From Prasinococcaceae sp. CCMP 1430 (taxonomy: Eukaryota > Plantae > Prasinodermophyta), in assembly GCA_013416795.1 (NCBI GenBank), contig RQSC01000029.1, positions 291,248 to 355,247 of the forward strand: 64,000 nt of DNA. The letters are read 5' to 3'. The notes under the pieces were generated by a model, which saw only the letters and a program-made list of their open reading frames with translations, made no database searches and was not told where the DNA came from. This document shows positions 52,313-64,000 of the stretch, in pieces; the stretch's first letter is position 1, and each line of letters starts with the position of its first letter. A program made the translations under genes and the position numbers.

Positions 52313-52530
52313 CATCACCGCAGGCACAGGCACGGGCACAGGAGCACACACGGGCACAGGTGTACACAGGCGCACGGGCGCAGGCACACGCACAGGCGCT
52401 GGCACGGGCACAGGCACAGGCACAGGCGCTGGCACGGGCGCAGGCACAGGCACAGGCGCATGCACAGCAGACACGCACACACACTCACACACACACACGC
52501 AGGCAGACACAGGCACCCACACGCACAGAC
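52313..52530. repeat. Degenerate (GGCACA)n/(CA)n simple repeat
   Basis: Read directly from the sequence. Confidence 0.8.
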
Positions 52531-53250
52531 AGGCAGCGTCGCGCGTTTTTGGGCGTGCATTTATTACTAGGGCGTCGCAAAGCCTCAAAGAATTTATTTT
52601 GATTTTAGGGGCAATTTCGCTCGATAATTCGCTCGGCGTCGACCAAATTGAGTGCATTTCGATGTGCGATCGACGCCTTTTACGCCTCCGATTTTCGGCG
52701 GAAAATGCCGCCGCGCGCCGACCGACGCCGACGTATGGGCTCGGACGGGTTGAAGTGAGGCCACCTACAAATCGTCCGCCGCCACGCCGGTGTCGGTATG
52801 GTCCCTGTGGACCCCCCCGACACCGTGCCCACCTATGCCCACGCCCGTACGCGCCGTGCGCGCCACATAGCTCGGGGCGCGCGCGGCCAGACGGGTGCAT
52901 CGAATTTGCTCGGTGTGCTACAGATGCAGCGCATGCACATTGCTGCTCCTGGCTGCGTGTAAATGCATGGAGTGTCGCGCGTCGTTCCCGCCAGCCCCGG
53001 CGGCGCCCGTGCGAGGGCCGCGCGCGTCACCACAGCGAGTCCATGTCGCCGCCGCCACCGCCTTGCGGGGCGCGCGCGCGGCCGCTCGCGCGGGTGCTCA
53101 GCCGCCCACCAAGTCAAGGACACTCTGCTCATCTTATTCGATCTTGGCCGTGCGCTTCACGCATGGCGCTCTCCTACGATCCATCTAAAAGCCCTCGACA
53201 TCCGTGCGCCGTATGACTACCCCGTGCCGTGTGCGCGCGGGTCGTCCTCT

Positions 53251-53871
53251 CTACGCGTGCGCCTTGGCCGCCTGGGCCTGCATGCGCAGGATGTGAGCCG
53301 GGACCTTGGCCTTGGCGGGAGCAGGGGCGGGCGCCGACTCGAAGGACGCGGCGCGCTGGGCGAATTCCTCGGAGACGGCGTCGCGACCGCGGGGGTCCGC
53401 CGCGCCGGCCTTCATGCGCGCCGCCTCCATGCGCGCGATGTGGCCCGGCACCTTCTGCGTCCGCCTGGGCGCCACCGGCGCCGCCGCCTGGTAGCTCCGC
53501 TCCGGGGCGCGGGCAGGAGGCGGGGGGGTGTATGCGGGCGGGGCCGCCGGGGCCGAGTTGAACGACGGCCTCGCGTTGCGCGCGGCGGCCGCGCGGGGGT
53601 CCACGCCGTTCGCCTTGGCGCGCGCGGCCTCCATGCGGGCGATGTGGCCCGGCACCTTGCCGCCCGGCCTGGAGGACGCGTAGCCACCGCCAGCGACGGG
53701 CGCGCCCACCGTGCGCCCCTCGCCCTCCCAGACGTCGCACACCTGCGTGCGCGAGAAGGCGCCCTCCGGCTGGATTTCCTGGTTGTAGCCCGGCTGCCAC
53801 GCGTGCACGTGACCCGACTCGGAGTCCATGTGCACGTACTTGTACTCGGTGGCCTCACCGGCGGGGAGCAC
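53251..53871 (-). CDS. Exon of a second CBM20 protein with three KVP(G/A)HI(A/L)RM repeats; 5' exon probably in the gap 54167-54735
   Basis: LPAGEATEYKYV...WQPGYN...QVCDVWEG is paralogous to the 51373 exon and has the same intron position (GTGCAG acceptor at 53872). Confidence 0.75.
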   Translation of the reverse strand: MLPAGEATEYKYVHMDSESGHVHAWQPGYNQEIQPEGAFSRTQVCDVWEGEGRTVGAPVAGGGYASSRPGGKVPGHIARMEAARAKANGVDPRAAAARNARPSFNSAPAAPPAYTPPPPARAPERSYQAAAPVAPRRTQKVPGHIARMEAARMKAGAADPRGRDAVSEEFAQRAASFESAPAPAPAKAKVPAHILRMQAQAAKAHA

Positions 53872-54166
53872 CTGCACGCGAGAGCGCACGCGCGCGTCAG
53901 CGCGTGCGCCGGCGCGCGCGTCGGCGCCCGGCAGCGCTTGCACGCGTCCTCTCCTTCGTCCGGCCGCGCCGCCCCGCGAATTGCGCCACCGCGCGTCGCG
54001 CGGGGCACACACCACGCACGCACGCACACCGCCACGGCCACAGGACAGCCATAAGAGCGCGAGGCGGTCGGGCGTGCCCGCCTCGACTCGCCGCGTGGCC
54101 GCGAGAGGGGGCCCCGGCCTCCGCGCGTTCGGCGCGCGCGCGCGCGCGGAGCGAGGCCGCGGTCTC

Positions 54167-54735
54167 NNNNNNNNNNNNNNNNNNNNNNNNNNNNNNNNNN
54201 NNNNNNNNNNNNNNNNNNNNNNNNNNNNNNNNNNNNNNNNNNNNNNNNNNNNNNNNNNNNNNNNNNNNNNNNNNNNNNNNNNNNNNNNNNNNNNNNNNNN
54301 NNNNNNNNNNNNNNNNNNNNNNNNNNNNNNNNNNNNNNNNNNNNNNNNNNNNNNNNNNNNNNNNNNNNNNNNNNNNNNNNNNNNNNNNNNNNNNNNNNNN
54401 NNNNNNNNNNNNNNNNNNNNNNNNNNNNNNNNNNNNNNNNNNNNNNNNNNNNNNNNNNNNNNNNNNNNNNNNNNNNNNNNNNNNNNNNNNNNNNNNNNNN
54501 NNNNNNNNNNNNNNNNNNNNNNNNNNNNNNNNNNNNNNNNNNNNNNNNNNNNNNNNNNNNNNNNNNNNNNNNNNNNNNNNNNNNNNNNNNNNNNNNNNNN
54601 NNNNNNNNNNNNNNNNNNNNNNNNNNNNNNNNNNNNNNNNNNNNNNNNNNNNNNNNNNNNNNNNNNNNNNNNNNNNNNNNNNNNNNNNNNNNNNNNNNNN
54701 NNNNNNNNNNNNNNNNNNNNNNNNNNNNNNNNNNN
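54167..54735. other. Assembly gap
   Basis: N-run. Confidence 0.99.
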
Positions 54736-55811
54736 GCGGCGCGATCCCGCGGCATTCAAATCCGTCACAAAAATGGCCCGTTTCGCACCCGCGAATCGCG
54801 CGCGGGCGCCGCCGAAACGCGCGCGCGAACCGGCGATAGCGCGCGCGCGCGCGCGCGCGGGCGCGCGCGCGCGCTCCCGTCCACGAAATTCTCGGTTCCG
54901 CGACAGGGCGAATATCTTTGCAGTATCCGCGCGCCAAACGCCGCGATGTAACCTCCTTTCATGTACACATTTTCACGGAAGAAGTACGCGCTATATGACG
55001 TAACAAACACCTATAGATGCTATCTGACCTATCTCATAAGACGCGTCAAAATATATCCTTATGATCTACATTTGAAGACTATAATGTATTTTGATGTGTA
55101 AAAAAGGATTCCGGATAGGTTTGGATGAGATGCGGTATCCATGGTTTTGGCCTCATGAGAATATGAGGTGCAGAGCGCGCGAATTCGGGGGCGCGCGGGC
55201 GGGCGCGCGTGGAACCCAAATAATGGAATCCAATGTCCTATGCGATATCCAAATACCATCTTAGATGTACAATATCCAATGAGGATTCCGCAGGGGTGCG
55301 GCGCGACCCGCGGCGGCCGCCGCGCGCGCGCGGTGTGTGGCGGCGGATCTGCCCGATTGGTGGGCCAGCAGAGCTTTGCCGCCACCCTGGGTGCCCAGCC
55401 GGCCGGCATGCCTGCCACGCCGGCCGCGGTGCACCTGACTGGCAGAAGCCTTCAGTCGTCGGAGTAGGAGTACTGCAGTAGTCCGGTAGCTTGAGTGGTC
55501 ACCGCCGCGCGACAGCCCGACAGACCGACGCAGGACCGGCAGCACCCGGCTGGCCGGTCGGCTCGGATGTGAGTGCGGCGTTCACCCTGGATGGGGTTCA
55601 GTCGGTTGTCGCCATACTTCGGTCGGCTGGACGCAACACAGCACGAGCCAGCCAGGGTGTGGTGAGGGTGCGCGCTCGCACAGCCACCGCTCACATGGCA
55701 TGACGCCGCGACCTCGTGATGGTGATGGCGCATCGCCTCGGGCGCAAACGGCGTATCAAAATGCATGCGCGGCGGCGCCGGCCGCCGGCCGCGATGCTGA
55801 TCCGCAATTCG

Positions 55812-56020
55812 AAGGCGGATTTGCCATCAGAACGCCGATGCATGCGAGATCGCCATCAAAACCCGCCCCATGGCGCGGTGCGGAATTATGTAAGGCGGAT
55901 TTGCCATCAGAACGTCGATGCATGCGAGATCGCCATCAAAACCCGCCCTTCGGCGAGGTGCGGAATTATGTAAGGCAAATTTGCCATCAGAACGCCGATG
56001 CATGCGAGATCGCCATCAAA
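55812..56020. repeat. 80-bp tandem repeat, about 2.6 copies, upstream of RPS26
   Basis: AAGGCGGATTTGCCATCAGAACGCCGATGCATGCGAGATCGCCATCAAAA recurs at 55812, 55892 and 55972. Confidence 0.95.
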
Positions 56021-56291
56021 AAGCGGCGGCGGCACGCGCCCACGTCCCCGCCGCCGCCACCCCTCCCGGCGAGGGTATTGATAAAAAAAACCAAACCCTA
56101 AAAAAGAAAAAAGAATGGAAAAAAGGCGCGCGATGTGTGTGGGCAAAACAAACGCATCCTTGATCAATAAAATAAATAAATAAATATTAAATAAAATAAA
56201 ATGGGCGCGCGTCGCGTCGCGCGATCGGTGCGGGGGCGGGGGGGCGCGTGCCACACAGCGCGCGCTCGCAACGCCCGCCGCCCCGCCCGCC

Positions 56292-57341
56292 ATGGTGGTC
56301 AAGCGCCGCAACCACGGCCGCAGCCGCAAGAACTGCGGCAGCTCGGGCAAGCTCGTCAGCTGCGATGGCTGCGGCAGCCGCGTCGCCAAGGACAAGGTGC
56401 GGCGGCGGCGACGGCGGCGCGGACCGCGCGGCGCCCTTTTTTTTTTTTTTGCCTGTTAGGTCGCCCTGGCCCCGGGGGGAGGGGAGGGGCGGCTGGAGGT
56501 CAGGCGGGTGCCGCGCGCGCCCCTCGCGGCGGGCCGCATGAGGCACGGGAGAGGGCGTGCATCTCTCCGCTTCGCGCGCGCGGCGCGCGCCGGCGGGTCG
56601 GAGGCCCGTTGCGCGGCGCCGAACGCTGTCCCCTGCGCGCGCGCTCCCCATTTTTAGGGATACTTGTGCCTGCGCACGACGTGGGTGAAGCCGGCGCGCG
56701 CTGCCCGCGGCAGCGAGCCTCCTACGGCGGCGCGGAGCGTCTGCGGGGGCGCCACGAGCCCCGCGCCGGGAAGTTCCCTCCCTCCCCCTCCCCCGCGCGC
56801 CCGACGGCGGCGACGCACGAGCGACGGCGCGATCGGGCCTCGCTGCGCCGCTGCCCACGGGTGTGAGTGCGGCGCACCGGCGACGCCCATCCTCCCCTGG
56901 CGCTGACGAATGTGGGCACGCCTCCCGCCGCACGCGGCATCCGCTCGCTTGCTGCTGCCCCCCACCCCCCCCGCGTGCTCGCAATGCATGTGCTTCGGCG
57001 CCTCGCAGGCGGTCAAGCGCTTCCGCGTGACCAACATGGTCGAGTCGTCCGCGATCCGCGATCTCCGCGACGCGTCGATGTACGAGGAGTACACGCTCCC
57101 GAAGATGTACCGCAAGATGACGTACTGCGTTGGCTGCGCCATTCACCAGCGTGTGGTGCGTGGCCGCAGCAAGAAGACCGGTGCGCGCAAGGACCGCACC
57201 CCGCCCATGCGCCCGCGCCAGCTCGAGCAGAAGTTCAGCAAGGACAAGGAGCGCGAGAACAGGTCGGCCCCGGCCAACATCCCGGGCAACACGCCCGCGC
57301 CCGCGGCTGCCGCGGCTGCCGCGCCCGAGCAGACTGCGTAA
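56292..57341 (+). CDS. RPS26: 40S ribosomal protein eS26, exons 56292-56396 and 57009-57341
   Basis: KRRNHGR, CxxC..KDK-AVKRF, YTLPKMY, YCVGCAIH and DRTPP motifs. GT-AG intron. Confidence 0.93.
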
Positions 57342-57599
57342 GCGCCAAGCGCTGCTCGCATGTGCACGAAGACTAACAAGTTTCCTCGTGGGACTAACGA
57401 GTTTCTTCCTGGGCGCCGAGAGGCGTGTCGCCATCTCTCGCGCGCTGCGCGCGATCGCGTGCGCGGCATGAGCAAGTGCACGGCGCGACGGCCGCCTGTC
57501 CTTGACATATTAGGTGCTGGGAACGCACCCGCTCTCGCTCGCTCGCGCGCGCGCGCGCAGGCGCTCGCTCCCTCGCACGGTGGCAGCGATGTGCACGAG

Positions 57600-57661
57600 T
57601 CGTGGTTGGGCGACCTCCACAGCCGCCTCGTCGTGGTTGGGCGACCTCCACAGCCGCCTCG
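57600..57661. repeat. Perfect 31-bp tandem duplication in the convergent 3' region of RPS26 and GLX2
   Basis: TCGTGGTTGGGCGACCTCCACAGCCGCCTCG x2. Confidence 0.95.
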
Positions 57662-57762
57662 CTTCGGAAGAAGCCCCGGCCGTCGGCGAACCTGGCGTCC
57701 GGCGCTTGCTACGGCCTGTCAGCCCAGAGCACACCCCGCGTAGTCCGAGTCGCTCGTTCTCA

Positions 57763-58958
57763 TTAGAAGTTGTCTTTTCGCTTGCGGGTCTCGGCCCACA
57801 CCTCGCCGAGCGGGCGGCCGGCCATGCCGATGCACTCCTGCAGCGCAGGCGAGTCGGGGCGGAGGAAGGGGTTGGTCGCCTGCCGCGGGGCGAGAGAATG
57901 CAGCGGCGTGAGCACCGCGTGGACATGTGCGCGGTGCGCGCGCGCGTGCCGTTGCGGCCGCCCGGCCGCGCGCGCGCGCGCACCTTCTCGAGCGCCATGG
58001 TAGTGGGCACTGTCGCCGCGCCACGCTCGCGCATGGCGGCGACCTCTGCAACGCGCGCCTGGAGGGCAGCGTTGGTCGGCTCCACAGACATTGCGAAGCG
58101 TCCGTTGGCGGCGGTGTATTCTACGGCGTGCGATAGCGCGAGCGCGCGGGCGGGCGCGGGCGCGCGGTGTGAGCATCCGAGCACAAGCGCTCACACACGC
58201 CGGAACACCATGCTCGCGCCCCACGCGCATTGGCGCTCACCGTGGGCGCAGTATACCGTGGTGTCGTCGGGCAGCGCAAGCAGCTTCTGCAAGCTGTCCC
58301 ACATCTGCCCAGGTGTGCCCTCGAACAGGCGCCCGCAGCCCATGGAGAAGAGCGTGTCGCCCGAGAAGAGCGCGCGCGCGTCCTCGAAGTAGTACACGAT
58401 GTGTCCGCGCGTATGGCCCGGCGTGAAGATGACGCGGGCACGCTGGCTGCCGAATTCGTACGTGTCACCGTCGGACACGCCCACGTCGCGCCCAGTGATG
58501 CGCTCGTCGATCATGGGGCCCACTACGATGCAGCCGTACTTCTCTTTGAGCTCGAGGTTGCCGCCGACGTGGTCGGCGTGGTGGTGCGTGTTGAGGATGT
58601 GTGTAAGAGTCCAACCCCGCTCCTCGAGTGCGGCGACGACGGGCGCAACCTCGGGAGTGTCCACGACGGCCGTCGCGCCCGTCGCAGCGTCGCGCACCAG
58701 CCAGGCATAATTGTCGCTCAGGCACGGCACGCGCACCACCTCGAGCGCAGACGACATGGCCGCGGACTGCGCAGGCGAGAGAGACGCCGCGCAGCGCTGC
58801 GGAGCAGACTGCGGGAGAACGCGCGCGCGGGGGGGCGTGCCGCGCACCGTGGACGTCAGCGCGCGCAAGGCCTCGCCCACCACCGTCGATTCCGCGACCA
58901 GCGCGCCCGCGCGTCCGCGCTCCTGCCCGGTACGCTCGCCCGCCCCCCACGCCAACAT
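57763..58958 (-). CDS. GLX2: Hydroxyacylglutathione hydrolase (glyoxalase II), exons (58958 or 58757)-58241, 58120-57984, 57879-57763
   Basis: PCLSDNY, THHHADH, TPGHT, SGDTLF, CAHEYT and EKATNPFLR motifs after splicing two GT-AG introns. Confidence 0.93.
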
Positions 58959-58986
58959 GCTCGCGCGCTCGCGCGCTCGCGCGCGN

Positions 58987-59356
58987 TCTTCGAGCTCGAC
59001 GAAATCAGTGCGTGTGCGCGGCGGATGCGCTCGCGCGCGAGACAGGGAGTGAGAGAGAGCCCGGGCACGCGCCTCGCTGCGGCACCCACGCGCATGCCAG
59101 AGCGTGCAGGCATCGACCCCACAGGATAAAAAGCAATGATCCGCACAGCGCTGCGATCTGCGTCGCTGACCCGCTCTGCCGCCCCCCCGCTGCGCGCTCT
59201 GTAGCCGAGGGCGCCGCGCTGCAGGCGGTGCTGGAGGACATGACAGGGCAGCGCACGGTGCCCAACGTCTTCGTTCGTGGCGAGCACGTGGGCGGCTGCG
59301 ATGACACCATGCGCCTGCAGCAGCAGGGTGCACTTGCGGGCATGCTCGAGGGCTGA
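58987..59356 (+). CDS. Glutaredoxin, C-terminal part (intron 59008-59204); active-site exon lost at the N at 58986
   Basis: FELDEI-(T)EGAALQAVLEDMTGQRTVPNVFVRGEHVGGCDD motif. Confidence 0.85.
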
Positions 59357-59714
59357 GTCAACGTCGCGGCGGACGTGCGGCTGCTGCAGCGGCTGGCGAG
59401 ACGCTCGGTGCGAGCTTCAGCGAGCACTGTGGAGAACTCGCGCCGGAGGAGCGCGCTCTAACACAGGCGCAAACGCCATCGATCGCTCACCTGCTCGCTG
59501 TCGCGTAGCGTGGGCAGTCCTGTGTGTACGCATGCTCGTCGTGCGCGCTTGCGCGGGCGCGCGGGCGGCACGAGCTGATGCACAGCGCGCGGCGGCAGTG
59601 GCACGCGCGGAGGGTCTCGTAAGGACACGCCTACAAGTTATTACAGCGGCACCGCGCGCATGAGAATGGACGCACGCGGGCGCACACGGGTGCGCGAGCG
59701 AGCGCGCCGGCGGC

Positions 59715-60606
59715 TTACTCGGCAGCCGCGGGCACCGCGACGTCGGTGATCTCGGTCACCTTGGTGGTGGGAGCATCGAAGACAATCTGCGTCGGCGCAT
59801 CGGCGTACACGTCCGGGAAGACAGGCGGCGTGCGGTTGCGGTCCGAGGGCGTGAGCTGCAAGGGGCAAATGCCGGGAGCGGGCGAGGAGTTGGGTGCGCA
59901 CAGGCGATGACACGCACGTACGTGGCGAGCGCGCAGCGAGGGGTATGGCCATGTGCACGAGGGCAGCGGTGCCGAAGGGAGCCAATCGCGGTGCCGTCAG
60001 CACATGTCTCGCAACACGTCACAGGATGCGCCGCGTCGTGGAGCGCCCCCGCCGCTGCCAGCATCGCGCGCTCGTAGCGCAAGCAAGTGCGCTGCGCAAT
60101 GCCCTGCCGTGCTGCGCAATGCCTCGCGGCGGGGCGGACGCCCGCAGGCGCACGCGCGCAGCCCGAGGGGCGGCGCCGTGCTGGCGCGACGCCGCGCCCC
60201 TCCGAGCGCACGGCCGTTCGCGGAATGGCGCAGGCGAGGCCTACCGCATGTGCGCATGCGCATGCCTGGGCGCGCGCGCTCTCCAAGCACTCGTGCACGC
60301 CCCCCGAACACCACGGCCCCGACAGGCGCCGAAGGAGGGAGCGGAGGGGCGTCGGGACGGGCGGGAGAGGGGCACGGGCCGGCCCGCGCGCGCCGCGCAG
60401 CCGCCAAGGGTTTGCCCGCGCGCGCGCCCCCGAAACCCTCCCGCACACCCCGGCCGCCGCCGCCGCGCGCCGCGCTCCCCCGCTTCCCCGCGCGCACGCG
60501 CGCATCACACCTTCTTGGGCCGCGTCTTCTTGTGGTGCTTGGTGGCCTTGTGCATCACGCGCGCGGACGTCGCCACGCGCGAGGTCGCGAGCGCCGCGAA
60601 CGGCAT
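59715..60606 (-). CDS. PSRP6: Plastid-specific 50S ribosomal protein 6 (cL38), exons 60606-60511 and 59855-59715
   Basis: HKATKHHKKTRPKK spliced to LTPSDRNRTPPVFP. GTGTGA...TTGCAG intron with a CTGAC branch point. Confidence 0.8.
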
Positions 60607-61125
60607 CGTGAGCGGCGTTGGGGGGGGGGGGGGGGGGGACGCAGGCGGCGCGAGGACTGGCGCGCGCGGTGTGGCGCGCCGCCGAGCCGCACATCCGACC
60701 CGAATGCGTTTTGACCTCGCGGCGTCGAAACGCATGCGATTTGACCTTCGTTGCGCTCACTGAGGTCCCGCATTTCACCTCCGTCAATTCAATGCTTCAT
60801 TCGTATGAAATCACAACCAAAAATGCAGAACGGTTGTTAATTCGGATGGGATTCCGCGCAGTTTTCCCACCCTGGTTTGGGTTGAGGTTGTGCCGCGCAT
60901 GCATGTGCCGTACAGTACCATCGTGATGGTACGGATGTGGGTGGATCGGAGGCGGGCAGGGGAAAAAGCGTGCGGAGGCGCCATCAGCCAGCGGAGGCGA
61001 AAACGCGCGGTTTAGGGTCGTAGATCCGCTTGTAGGGTTTATTAAATGTGGGTTTGATGGCGCCCGCGCGTGCTTTTTCGGGTGCACGTTGGGCGCGTCG
61101 CCCGATCCGAAACTAGTGGCTCTGA

Positions 61126-62176
<1,051 letters not shown>

Positions 62177-62627
62177 GCAGCACCACGCCGAGCAGATGCC
62201 CCCGCCACTGTAGCTTCATTCATTCTTGCAAAGGTCCAGTCCATGCTCGCACCAGCGCGTCAATCCACCCCGCGCGCGCCGCCCACGCGCAGCGGCGCTT
62301 GCACTGCGAGGCACGGGAAGAGCGTGGCCTGCGCCCATTCGAAGCTCAGGAGCTCGCGCTCGCGCCGCCGCGCGATCCCTTGCGCGACGGCTCGCCATCG
62401 AAACGCATGCGTTTTTTGGCGCGCCATTTGAACCCTAACCGAAACATATGCACTAACCCGATACTGTACTTTCCCGACACCTTAACCCAAACCGTGCGCC
62501 AGGGCAGTGCCTGCGGGGCGCCCTCGGCGCCCGGCGGCAGGGGGGATGCGCTGGACCACTGCTGCCACATGGCCGGCGGCGGCGGCGCGGGGGGCGCCCA
62601 GGGGTGGGGGTGCACCCTCTGGCATCA

Positions 62628-64000
62628 ATGGCGCGCGCGGCGGCGCGCGCGGCAGCGCGGCTTCGGCGGCCGCGGCGGCTGCCGCGGCCGCCACCGCGGT
62701 ACCGGCGGGGGGGCGCTGTGCTGCAGCGACAGGCGCGTTCGCAGGCGGGGCGGCAGCATGGGTGGAGGGACGCCCGCTGCTGGCGCTCAGGGGGCTGGGA
62801 GAGGGGTGTCTGCAGCGTTCTGGGCACCGAGCGTCTTGCGCATGGGCGAGGTGCCCCGCGCCGTTTGGCGCGCGAGAGGCCCATTCCGGCGGGCCATGCG
62901 CGCGCAGTCACCAGTACGACGGCGCGCTCGGCGCGAACGCGCGCTGCTCGAGCGCCAAGCGCCCCTACGCGCGCGGTAGCGGTGGCAGTGCGGACGGCGG
63001 CAGGACAGATGGCGCCGTGCGCGCGGCGCACGCGGGCGGACACCGCAGTGGCGAAGAAGAGGCCGAGCATCCGCCGCCGTTGCAACAGCAGCATGTCGAC
63101 GCAGGGGGGCGGCCGCAGGAGGGCGAAGGGGCGCTCTCGCGCCTGCTAGCGTCGCCGTACGCGCGCCTCATGCGATTGGAGAAGCCCGCAGGCACGCTGC
63201 TGCTGTTCTGGCCGTGTGCTTGGTCGATCGCGCTCGCGGCCCCCTCGGGCTGCGCGCCCGATGCCACGCTGCTCGCGCTCTTCGGCGCCGGCGCCGTCCT
63301 GCTGCGCGGTGCGGGGTGCACCGTGAACGACCTGTGGGACCGCGACCTGGACGCGCGCGTGGAGCGCACGCGCACGCGGCCACTCGCCGCGGGTGAGGTG
63401 ACGCCGCTCGCGGCCACGGCCTTCTTGGGCGCGCAGCTGCTGGCGGGGCTGCAGGTGTTGCTGCAGCTGAACGACTTCTCAAAGCTACTGGGCGCGAGCA
63501 GCCTGCTGCTGGTGGGCACCTACCCGCTCATGAAGCGGGTCATTGACTGGCCACAGGCGTTCCTTGGGCTGACGATCAACTGGGGCGCGCTGCTGGGCTG
63601 GGCAGCGGTCCACGGCGAGCTCGACGCCTCGGTGGTGCTGCCGCTCTACGCGGGCTCGGCGCTGTGGACGCTATACTACGACACGGTGTACGCGCACCAA
63701 GACAGGAAAGACGACGAGGTCGTCGGCGTGCTCTCCTCAGCGCGCGCGCTTGGGGCGGCGGGAACGCCGCCCGCGCTGGCCGCCTTTGCTGCAGGCAGCG
63801 GCGCGCTGCTGGCGGCGGCTGGTGGCGCGGCCGGGTTGGACGGAGGCGCCGCCGCTGCCGCGTACGGCGGCGGCCTCGCGGCCTCGGGGGCGCTGGTGAC
63901 CACGCAGCTCGCGCGCATGGACGTGGACGACCGCGCGCAGTGCGCCGAGTTCTTCAACCAGCACGCGTACTTCGTGGGGCCGATGGTCTTCGCCGGCGCC
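62628..64000 (+). CDS. COQ2: 4-hydroxybenzoate polyprenyltransferase, running off the window end; probable exons 62628-62698 and 62908-end
   Basis: [44 protein letters not shown] and [13 protein letters not shown] motifs. An Arg/Ala-rich first exon joins in phase 2 (this first exon is less certain). Confidence 0.9.

Noticed and set aside
52279-52602. AQAQAQ / VPVPAP ORFs
   Set aside because: These are translations of a simple (GGCACA)n repeat with no supporting gene structure.
55812-56020. CRISPR-like interpretation of the 80-bp repeat and of the 120-bp array
   Set aside because: There are no unique spacers and no cas genes, and the context is eukaryotic. The 120-bp units are protein-coding.
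56397-57008. Intronic snoRNA in the 612-bp RPS26 intron
   Set aside because: No convincing box C/D or H/ACA arrangement could be found by eye.

Overview
Gene-dense, very GC-rich eukaryotic nuclear DNA from a green alga. The plastid-targeted proteins (PSRP6, FabG, CBM20 proteins), an ARA6/RabF1-type Rab5, plant-type telo-boxes and GT-AG introns with CTGAC branch points fit a prasinophyte-grade alga; this is an inference and the species cannot be determined here. About 25 protein-coding loci are recognisable: a GRIP golgin, NDUFA13, an intronless bacterial-type catalase-peroxidase (katG), RABF1, condensin II CAP-G2, a NEK10-like kinase, an atypical SDR, a CBS-pair/Raf-like kinase, an RCC1-repeat protein with a MIF4G-like domain, a DUF1445 protein, a DUF4504 protein, a giant secreted protein built from 40-aa RCC1/BLIP-II-like repeats, a 2OG-Fe(II) hydroxylase, an isochorismatase-family hydrolase, a Zn-finger/multipass-membrane protein, FabG, a BLISTER-like coiled coil, two CBM20 proteins, RPS26, glyoxalase II, a glutaredoxin, PSRP6, adenylate kinase and COQ2. 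There are also truncated pieces of FANCM, importin-9 and gamma-COP next to single-N joins. The most striking anomaly is a 36-nt stretch (33419-33454) that is the exact un-reversed complement of the expected repeat sequence. The best candidates for new biology are the giant multi-propeller protein with its Tyr-rich 8-aa repeat, the CBS-kinase, CBM20-SAP, RCC1-MIF4G and Zn-finger-membrane fusions, and several dispersed non-coding motifs. The assembly is a draft with four N-runs and four single-N joins, so some oddities are probably artefacts. Family assignments come from motif recognition by eye; no searches were run.
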